Shown: positions 23,201 through 32,407 of the stretch, one piece after another | Layout of the letters: every line of letters starts with the position of its first letter | Position numbering within the stretch: position 1 is the first letter of the stretch | Assembly (NCBI GenBank): GCA_014905635.1 | Contig: JABVCE010000016.1 | Location: 620,001-684,000 of the forward strand | From: Scenedesmus sp. PABB004 | Lineage: Eukaryota | Length of the DNA stretch: 64,000 bases | Direction of reading: 5' to 3' | The notes under the pieces: generated by a model | Databases searched by the model: none | The model's input: only the letters and a program-made list of their open reading frames with translations | What the model was told of the DNA's origin: nothing | Made by a program: the position numbers and the translations under genes

Positions 23201-23816
23201 CGATCGGCACAGGCCGCCGCGCCCACGCCGCCCGGCGGCCGCTGCGCAGGACGCCGACTTCAAGCCCGTGGGCGCCGAGGTGCTGTCCGCGTTCAATGCC
23301 TGGGTGAGCGACGCGCGCGTGGGCGCGCCAGCGGCTGCGGGTCGGCTGCGCCCGCGAGGGCCGGACTGAGACCCCCGGCGCGCCACAACCTGCCGCCCCG
23401 GCCGCACCGCGCCGCGCCGCCGCCAGGTCGCGGGCGGCGCGGGCGGCGCGGACGGGTGGAGCCTGGAGCCGGTGAACCACGAGGGCTGGCGCGTCAACAT
23501 CGACGAGGGCGGCGGCCGCCGCGGCTGGGCGCTGCTGCGGCAGAGCCTGCACGACCCGCTGCTGGTGCTAAACATCGAGAGCGACACCGTGGGCGGTGCG
23601 CGCCGCGCCGGGCTGCTCGCGCCGCGCGGGCTGCTCGCGCCGTTCCACGGCGGGCTGCTGCCTTGCCCCCGCCCCCGGCGGCGCCCCACGTGGCCACCGC
23701 CGCCGCCGCCGCGCCGCGCAGGCGTGAGCACGATTCGCAAGCACCTGCTCGCCTTCCTGCACGGCAGCGGCGCCGCAGGCAAGCTGGACCTGGGCGGCCT
23801 CGCCGAGGCGCACTGA
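20263..23816 (+). CDS. Alpha-D-phosphohexomutase (phosphomannomutase/phosphoglucomutase family), probably plastid-targeted
   Basis: LQNGSDVRG, catalytic IMLTASHMP, DAGNGSGG, PDGTFPNHIPNPE, metal loop FDTDVDRS, FKRGYKNVI, ETSGHGA, YLDDG and LRQSLHDP. At least 5 introns have GC donors. Confidence 0.95.
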
Positions 23817-24982
23817 CGCGCACCGCGGCAGCGCGGTGGGGCGCGGCGCGGCGACGGCGACGGCGGGGCGGCGCGTGCTGGCCCCTGGCAGCTTGGGGGG
23901 TGGCGGGACGAGTTAACGAGCACCGTCCCGCCCCGAGGGCTCGCACTCACGCACGCGCCACCCTCACGCCACACTCCGCGCCATGCTCCGCTCCCACACA
24001 CACAGCAGCGTGCTGCGGTGCGATTGATTGGACCAATTGGCCGCTGTACTAAAGCTGCTGCACGCATGGGCGCGGGGGCGTCGCGGCCCGCTGCCGCCGC
24101 CTCCGCGGCGGCACTGGCCGAGAGCGCAGCTGCGGGGCCGCGTGTCTGCCTCGTGCTGGAGGCGGTGCAAGTTGCGCGTGCCGGTCATTTCTGGCCAGGT
24201 GCGCGGCTCCTACTGCAGCGCGCGCGCGGGCGCTGCACGCGCCGGCGGCGGGGGTGCGCGCTGCACGCGGGCGGGCGGCGGGCGGCGGGCATCGCGGGCG
24301 CGGTTTTGGTAGCTCCGGGCCGGCGTTGGCCGTGATAGGAGGCTCGCCCGCTCCGGTCGCCTGGGAGCGCCATATGGCCGTCCCGCGGCCCGCGCGCAGC
24401 CGCCCAAGCGCAGCAGCCGCCGCCGCGCCGATCGTGATCGCGACCGCGCGCCACCGCGCACACCGTGCAGCCCCTGGGCCGCCACCCGCGCGCTCCCGGC
24501 GCTGATCCGCCCGTCCCCGCCAGCTCCAGGGCCGCCGGCGCCCCGCGGACGCCGCGCCCGCGCCCTCCGAGCGGCGAGGTGCGCCCCCCGCCGCCGCCGG
24601 GCCCTGCCGCGGCGCCCCGACCGCCCGGCTGCCGCGGCCGCGCGCGCGCCGACCCCGGGACGCGGCGCCGCGGCGCACGGGGACCTCGGCGCGCCGCGGC
24701 GCGCGGGGACCTCGGCGCGCCGCGGCGCCCACCGCGCCGCGTGGGCGACCAGTCGCTCGCTTTGCGGGGGTCACTCTTGATGATTGCTGGCTCGCCGCGC
24801 CCCGCGGGCCGCCCGACCGGGGCCATGGGACCGTTGGCTGCGCGCTGGGCCGTGGCGCGCGGCCATCTCCGGCCGCACGGCGCCGGGAGGGGCCGGGGCG
24901 CGCGGGCCCATCTGCGCTCACTCCCGCCGCCCCGCGCCCCGCGGCCCCGACGCGATGCGGCGCCGGCAGGGTCTCTGGAGAG

Positions 24983-26855
24983 ATGGAGCGGCTGCAGCAG
25001 CGCGACCGCGCCGCGAAGCGCGCTGCCGAGGAGGCCGCGGCCAAGCAGACGATGGTTGACAACATCCTGCAGATGGCGGCGGCGGTGCAGGCGCAGGGGG
25101 CACCCATGCCCCGGGTGGACTTCCAGGACCTCCTGAAGCAGCGCCGCGGCGGTGCCAAGCGCCCGAAGCACCTGTCGGTGGGCCGCCGCGCCGCGTCCTG
25201 CGCGCTGCGCCCCGAGCCGCCGCCGCCCCGTCACGGATGCCCGCCGCCGCCGCGGCCGCGCTCGCTCACGGCCGCCCCTTCCCCCCCGCTCGCCGCGCGC
25301 AGGGGCAGCAGGCGGCGCCCGGCCCCGCGCCCCCGCTCGCGGCGCGCAGGCGCAGCAGGCGGCGCCCGGCCCCGCGCCGCCCGCGCCGGCCGCGGCCGCC
25401 GGTGCCGCGCCCATGGAGGTGGAGCGCATCGACGGCCAGGTGCGGGTTGCGCGCGGGGCGAGAGGGGGCCGGGGCGGCTGCTGCGCCCGGTGCCCTTCCC
25501 CGCGCCGCCGCGCCGCGCCGCCCCCCGCGCCGCACGTCACCGCCGCCCGCCCGCCCCCGCCCGCCCGCCTGCCCACAGCCGGCGCCGCCGCTGCCGGCCG
25601 CCGCCGGCGCAGCGCTCGTCGCGCCCGCGCCCGGCGCCGCCGCGCCGGCCGAGCCCAAGGTGCGACTTGAGCACCGCGACGGTCCCAGGGCGGGCGCGTG
25701 CGGGCTGCGTGCGCTGCTCGCCGCGGCGGCGCCGTCTGCGCCCGGCGACGCCGCCCCGCTGCTGCCGAGCCCGCCCTCCCCTCGCCCCGCCCCCGCCGCC
25801 GCCGGGCCCGCGGCGCAGGCGCGCGCCCCGTCCGCGCCCCTGCGCGTGCGGATACCCATGCACGACGAGGACGACGACGACGACTTCCTGCCGGTGGGCC
25901 GCCGCGCCGCGCGAGCGGCCCCGATCGCCGCGCCGCCGGGTCCAGCCCTGACGCATTCGCGGATGCCCACCGCCGCGCCGCCCCGCCCGCTCGCCGCGCC
26001 GGGCCTCGCGGCCGCCGCGCCGCGCGCGCAGGCGGCGCCCGAGCCCGCGCCCGCGCAGTTCGGCTGCGCCGCGTCTGACGACGAGGAGGAGCCCGCGTCC
26101 GACGACGACGACGAGGAGCGCTCGGTGCGCTCGCGCCTGAGCGCGCCCGAGCGCGCGCCCGCGCGCGCGGCCTCTGCGCGACGCCGCGCGGTCGGCCGCC
26201 GCCACGCACCCTCTCGCGCGCGCCGCGCCGCCGACAGGCGCCCGGCATGCGGCGGCGCAAGGACGCGTGCGGGCTGCCTAGCTGCACCAGCGACATGGCG
26301 GCCACGTACTGCGTCGCCGACAGCGCCGGCGCGCCGCTCAAGGGCCCTGAGCACCTGCGCTGCCCGGACTGCGCCAAGTCGGCGCAGGAGCGCGGCGAGG
26401 TGGTCGTGGGCAGCACCTCGTACGCCTCGCGGCTCTGCCGCGAGGAGGGCTGCTGCGCCACTGCCGTGTTCGGGCCCCCCAACGGCGCCCCTGAGTGCTG
26501 CAAGCGGCACAAGGTGCGCGCCAGGGCGCCGCGCGCCGCGCGCAGCCCTCGCCGGCACGCCGCGCCTGAGCGCGCCCGAGCGCGCGCCCGCGCGCGCGGC
26601 CTCTGCGTGACGCCGCGCGATCGGCCGCCGCCACGCACCCTCTCGCGCGCGCCGCGCTGCCTGCAGGCGCCCGGCATGCGGCGGCGCCGCCACGCGTGCG
26701 GGCTGCCGGGCTGTGAGAGCGACATGGCGGCCAAGCACTACGTCGCCGACAGCGCCGGCGCGCCGCTCAAGGGCCCTGAGCACCTGCGCTGCCCGGACTG
26801 CGCCAAGTCGGCGCAGGAGCGCGGCGAGGGGCAGCCCGGTGAGCGACGACTTTGA
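24983..26855 (+). CDS. Cys-rich protein containing an EsV-1-7-type repeat; 3' end disrupted or chimeric
   Basis: The spliced product contains LCREEGCCATAVFGPPNGAPECCKRHK|APGM, matching the EsV-1-7 pattern C-x3-GC-x4-FG-x6-C-x2-H-K-x2-GM. It also has two CGLPxC...CPDC units. Reading ends shortly after a foreign insert begins at 26827. Confidence 0.65.
26133..26829 (+). repeat. Direct duplication of an intron+exon unit (about 26133-26400 and 26562-26829)
   Basis: Near-identical gcgcctgagcgcgcccgagcgcgcgcccgcg...caccctctcgcgcg...caggcgcccggcatgcggcggcgc...gcccggactgcgccaagtcggcgcaggagcgcggcgagg occurs in both copies. Confidence 0.93.
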
Positions 26856-27065
26856 CGTGCAGCCCTGGGACGGCTCGCCCATCAGCCCCGACGCGTCGCC
26901 GATGAGCCCGGCGCCCATCATCATCTCAGACCTGCACGCCGGCGAGCCGCCGCAGCAGCCGAGCGGCGGCGGCGGCGGCTGGGACGGCGGCGGCTGGCGC
27001 GACGCGCGCCAGCAGCAGCCGCCGCAGCCGTACGACGGCCGCGCCGGCGCCGAGCCCTACCGCTG

Positions 27066-27104
<39 letters not shown>
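26827..27104 (+). repeat. Inverted copy of a coding fragment (32365-32646) of the RS/SRI gene
   Basis: Both places encode GSPVSDDFDVQPWDGSPISPDASPMSPAPIIISDLHAGEPPQQPSGGGGG(G)WDGGGWRDARQQQPPQPYDGRAGAEPYRWQQQ on opposite strands. The visible differences are mainly in GGC and CAG repeat lengths. Confidence 0.96.
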
Positions 27105-27105
<1 letters not shown>

Positions 27106-27595
27106 GCGCCGACGCAGCAGCAGCCATGGCAGCAGCTGCCGGAGCTGTGGCAGCACCAGCAGCAGCTGCTGCGGCAGCAGTTGCAGTGTCAGCAGGTGCA
27201 GCAGCAGCAAATGCAGGGCGTCGGCGGCTGGATGCAGCCGTGCATGCCGCAGCAGCCATGGCAGCAGCTGCCGGAGCGGTGGCAGCACCAACCGGCTGGG
27301 GGCTCGCCATGGGGCTTTGGGCGTGGCTGGCATGTACATGCCGAGCTTTGCGCCCGTGCTTCCGGGCCAGGTGCCCGAGGCGGCGGCGGCACAGCAGATG
27401 CTGGGCATGGGCCAGCAGCCCCAGCAGATGCAGCAGCACCAATTGCAGCTTCGGCAGCAGGCCATGCAGCAGCAGGCCATGCAGCAGCAGCAGGCCATGC
27501 AGCAGCAGCAGGCCATGCAGCAGCAGCAGGCCATGCAGCAGCAGCAACAGCAGCTGCACCAGCAGGCGTTGTATCGATTCCAGCAGCCGCACTGA
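27105..27595 (+). pseudogene. Gln-rich coding-like remnant (QQPWQQLPE repeats, QAMQQQ repeats) with apparent frameshift
   Basis: The coding-like frame switches near 27300-27320 (…QPAGG to GVAGMYMPSFAP…QALYRFQQPH*). A TGTAA signal follows at about 27708. Confidence 0.45.
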
Positions 27596-28411
27596 CGAGG
27601 AGGAGCAGGAGGCGGCCGGGGAGGAGGCGGCCGGGGGGCGGTGGCTCAGCGTGCGCGCCGACCAGGACGCGTGTTGGTGTTGTTGTTGTTGTTGCACACA
27701 GGCCAGCGTGTAACGGCGGCTCGCACGGGAGCAACCGCGCGGCCGGCGGGCAGCGAGCACCGGGGCACCGGACGCGGAGCAGCCGCAGCACGCGAAGCTG
27801 GTCAAGCTGATCAGGCTCGTCTGGCTGTTGGCTGCGCGGGTTGTTCGGGGGGGGGGGCTCTTGCTCCAGCCGGCAGCCGGCGCTCAAACAGCTCAAACAG
27901 ACATAACGCTAACAGGCGAGGCACGAACAACAGCGGCCCAGCTGGGTGCGCGCGGGGGCGCGCGCGCGACGCGACGCGCGCCGCCCCCCGCACCCGGCCG
28001 GGCCGGGCCTCTCACCATGAGACATGACACTGGATGAGTGGCTACGCCCCAACTCAACTCTGCGCCGTGAGACTGATGGCGGTGTGGTGGTCCCAGTCTG
28101 GACCTGCGCGCATAGCCACAAGCGCCGACCGGCGGCGGCGGCGGCGGGGCCTCGCTCGAACGTGACAGACAGATGCGTCTCAAAGGCCTGCTTGCTGCAG
28201 CAGGCAGTGGAGAGAGCAGGTGGCCACACGACGACGACGAGTGCAGGGTTAGGGTTCAACGTCCGCAAGCCCCGGCTGCCCGAAGGAATCCCGCAGACCA
28301 CGGCACGCAGCAGCACAAGAACACAGGGACGTCGGGCGCTGGTGCGCCCCGAGTCGATGTACTCGATGGTGGTGATTGGAAAGCCTCTCTCTCGTTTATT
28401 ATTCTCGGCGC

Positions 28412-28447
<36 letters not shown>

Positions 28448-28909
28448 CCGGACCGGGCGGCCGCCGGTGCGGTGCGCCACGCAGCGCGCCGCGCGCGCCG
28501 CCGGGCCCTGCCAGCAAGTGCAGCAGAGCCCATCGACCGCCGCCTTGTCAGCGGCGGCCGGAGCGGCCGGCCAGGCGCCCAATTGGCGCAATCGGAGCAG
28601 TGTGTTGCGACCATCGTCACCACAAAACACAAGCACGTGCCTTGCCGCGCCGCTGCGCCCAAATTACAGTCTACACACAAAAAGCGCCACTGAAGAGCAC
28701 CTTCGCCGGCCCGCCGTGTGCGTGGGCGTGCGCGGCGGCGCCGCGCGCGCCCGGCCCCGGCAAAGGCGGGGCGAGGCGAGGGTCCTCCAGCATGAGAGAC
28801 ACAGGGAGACATTGAGCGAGCCCGGCCGGCGCCGGCCCGCCGCCAGCGCCGCGCGCGCGTGGGCGCGGGCGCGCTGCGTGCGGGCGCGGGGGGCCCTCCA
28901 CGTCGGCGC

Positions 28910-31218
28910 TCAGCAGCGCCGCGCGGGCTGCGACTGTGAGATGGGCGCCACGCCGCCGAGGGGCACCACGCCCAGCGACACCATGGCCTGGCCGGGGGTC
29001 ATGCTCCAGCTGCCCAGCGAGTTGGTCCCGCTGGGCAGCGCGGTGTTGCTTTGCATGCTGCTTGACGAGCTGGCAAGCAGCATCGCAGACGACCCGCTGA
29101 CCATTGGCGGCAGCACGGCGGCGCCCGTGGCGCCGGCGGCGCTGGCCGCGACCGCGGCCGCCACGCTGGGCGCGAGCAGCAGGTGCTGCGTGAGCAAGCC
29201 GCTGCTGCTGGCGGTCGCGTCGCTGCCGCTGCCCCCCGGCACGGCGTCCGCCAGCGGCAGAAGCACGTCGCCGGAGAGCTGGCCCACGACCTGCTGGCCG
29301 GCGTAGCGCAGACCGGGCACGGCCGGCGCGCCGGCCCCGGGCGCCAGCGCGCCGGGCGAGGCCTGGCCCAGCCCGTCCGCGGGCGGCGCCAGCTGCAGCT
29401 GCGGCGCCACCACCGGCGGCACCACGGCCGGCGGCACCACGGCCGCCGGCAGGGCGCCGTCCAGGCGCGGCAGGGTGTCGGCGGGCGCCGGCAGCGCCGC
29501 GATCTCTTGGGAGCCGGCGGTCGGGCTGCCGACTGTGGCCGGCAGGCCCGGCGCCTGCTGCCACGCGAGCGCCTGCATGCTCACGTCATCGATGAGCTGC
29601 AGCTGCTGCATGCTCAGCTGCACCGGCGCCAGCGCCGCGCGGGGCGGCGGCAGCGGCGCCGGCGGCGGCGGCGCCGGCGGCGGCGGCGGCGGCTGCGGGG
29701 CAAGCCCCGCCGCCAGGGCGCGCTGCTGCTGCAGCACCCAGGCCTGCTCCCCCTGCGCGAGCATCGCCAGCACGGCGCCGCCGTTGACGGGCGCGCCGGG
29801 CAGCAACATGCCCTGCGCCGCGAGCAGCGCGAGCTGGTGCTGCAGCTGCGCCTGGAGCTGGTGGTGCTGCATTGCCGCCTGCATCTGAGCCACCGACCCG
29901 ACCGGCAGGTAGCTCATCATGCCGGCGGGGCCGCCGTTGGCCGCCAGCCCGGCGCCGCCGCGCGGCCCCGCCGCGCCCGCTCGTTGCTGGTGCAGCAGCA
30001 GCGCCGCGTGCGCGTACGCCGCCGCCGCGGGGTCGCCCAGGTCGAAGCACGCGAGGTCGGGGCCGCCGGCGCCGCCGCCGGGCGACGCGGCCGGGCCCTG
30101 CAGCTCCGCCCCGCTGCGCAGCTCGTCGGGGCTGTGCGCGAAGAAGCAGATGGGCCGGTCGCACGCGGCGCCCTGCGGCGGCGGCGGCGGCGGCGGCGCG
30201 TCGGCGCGGGCGGCGCGCGCGGGCAGCTCGCGCGGGCGCGCCGCGGCGGCGCTGCGCGCGCGGGCGTGCCGCGGCGGCAGCGCTGCGCGTGCCGCACCAG
30301 CTGGCACATGGTCGTGCGGAAGCGCTTGGGGTGCAGCCAGTACTCATACACATTGTGCTGCGGCGCGGAGGGAGGGAGAGAGAGAGACAGCGGCGGGCGT
30401 CGGCGGGCGCCCCGCGGCGGCGGGGGCGCGCGCGCGCGCGAGCCGCAGCGTGCTGGGGCGGGCTGGCGCGGCGCGTGGGCAGCGCGGCCAGGGCGCGGGC
30501 TGGCGCGGGCTGGCGCTGAGGCGTGCATACCGCCACAGGGGGCTCCCCCGGCGCGGCCGGCGGCCGGCCCGGGCGCGGCGCGCGGCGCCCGCCCTCACAG
30601 TGAAGTGGCACCCGTCGCCGCGCGGGCAGTTGGTCCCCTGCGCAGGCGGGCGGGCGGGGGCGGGTGAGCGGGGGCGCAGGCGGGCGGGCGGGCGCTCGCT
30701 GCGACGGCTGGGGGCGGGGCCCCCCGCGCCGCGCCGCGCCGCGCCGCGCGCCTTGCGGTCGTCGGGGCAGGGCAGCGGCTCGTAGGTGAACATGCGCGGG
30801 TCGCGGCGCCGCGCCTTCTCGTTGGGGTGCAGGAAGGGGCAGAGGCTCCAGTTGTGGGGGTAGTCGGCCGCGCACGCGGCAATCTGCGGCGGCGCGCGGC
30901 GGGCGGCGTTCGACGGAGCTGCCGGCGCTGCCCGCGGCTGTGCGTCTTTGCCTATCGCTTGGCAGGCCGCCCGCGCGGCCGGGGTGCCGCCCGGCCGCGC
31001 CGGGCCCGCGGTCTGCGCGGCGCGCCATGGACCGCGCCCCGTGCCGCGCCCTGGCGGCGCGCGGGCGCGCTGCCGGCGGCGACCCTACACGGGGACGCAG
31101 TTCTAAGGTCCCCCGACGCGCAGCGGCGCACCTTGAAGGAGTACAGGTAGAACTCGGCGCTGTGCTGGCTCGCGGGCGGGCCGGCGCCGTTGCGCGGCCC
31201 CCCGGCGCCCCCGGGCAT
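28910..31218 (-). CDS. Plant-type RR-tandem CCCH zinc finger (TZF) RNA-binding protein
   Basis: EFYLYSFK|IAACAADYPHNWSLCPFLHPNEKARRRDPR..YEPLPCPDDRK|GTNCPRGDGCHFT|HNVYEYWLHPKRFRTTMCQL|GAACDRPICFFAHSPDELR, followed by a Q/A/P-rich tail. An alternative ATG lies at 31239. Confidence 0.93.
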
Positions 31219-31783
31219 GCGTGACCGACCGGGACGCATGTCTACGGCCTGCGCGGCGCGCCTGCGGCTGCTGGGGCGCGGGCACGCGCCGGGGGCGCCG
31301 GGGTGTGGGGCCGGGCTGCGCGCAGCATGGTCTGGGGGCGCACTATGAGCTAACTCGTGGGGTTGTGGAGCGCTGCCCGGGCCGCCGGAGAGGTGGGGTG
31401 AGCCGGCACGCGGCGAGAGCGCGGGCAGCCCGGCCGGCGCTGCGTGCCTTTCCTGCGCTGCGCCGTTCGTGCCCGGCGCGAGCGGGCGGCGCGGACGTGC
31501 GGTGCATCAAGCACCGCGTGGCGCTGGGCGGGCGCGCACGCTGCGCAGGAGCGGCGGCTGGCGTTCGGTCAAAAAACACATCGCGCTGCGGTTGGCAAGG
31601 ATTGCCTTGCGCGCGGTGGTCACCGCGGCGGCGCGGGGCGGCGCGTCAACACAACCGCACGAGCCTGCAGGGCGAGGTTGCGCCCCCCGCGCGCGCCGCC
31701 TCGCGCGCCCGCCACAGCCGCCGGCCGGTCAGCACAGCGACACGCAGCGAACGCGCCCGCCTCGCGCCGCCTCGCCCGCCCGG

Positions 31784-32363
31784 TCAGGGCGCGCCGCCGC
31801 CGTACTTTGCGACGTAGCCGTCCACGAGCGCCCGGATCTTGAGCCGCCGCGGCTCGTTGAGGTACGCCGCCGCGCCCTCGGCGCCCTCGCCCGGCGCGTC
31901 GGGCGCGCCCGGCGGCGGCAGCCCCGCGAGCACCTTGTCGGTCGCCTTCTTGGCCACCGCCTTGAACGCCTGCGCGGCCGCGGCGCAGAGCGGCCCGCGG
32001 CGGCGGCGCGTGTGGGGACGGGCGGCGCGTCGCCGCGCGCGCTCGTCGCCGCGGCGGGCCTGCCGCTGCACAGCGCGCGGCGCGGCGCGGCGCGCACCTC
32101 GCGCGTGAGCCTGCCGGACTTCCACACCGGCTTGAGCATCTCCTTGATGGCCTCAGTCACAGCCAGGCGCAGCTCGCTGTGGGCCGGCGGCGCGCCGGCG
32201 CCGGCGCCCCCGCCGTGCGGCGCCGCGCCGTCGCCGCCGGGCGCGCCCGGGAGGCCGCCGCCGTGGGGTTGGCCGGGCTGCTGCCCGCCCCAGCCGACGT
32301 CGCGGGCGTACGGGTCCGCGCCCGGCCCGCCCCAGCCGCCGCCGCGTGGCACGCCCCAGGCGC

Positions 32364-32407
<44 letters not shown>

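Noticed and set aside
27460..27545. Regular CAGGCCATGCAGCAG repeats as a CRISPR-like array
   Set aside because: There are no unique spacers. It is a coding-type QAMQQQ tandem repeat in eukaryotic DNA.
28012..28084. Possible C/D-box snoRNA (ATGAGA…CTGA with CCA/TGG ends)
   Set aside because: Box C is non-canonical and I could not match a guide to rRNA. It would need an Infernal/snoscan run.
23960..28400. Autonomous transposon (Helitron/MULE/retroelement) carrying the EsV-1-7 gene
   Set aside because: No transposase, helicase or RT motifs, TIRs, TSDs or CTRR terminus were seen.
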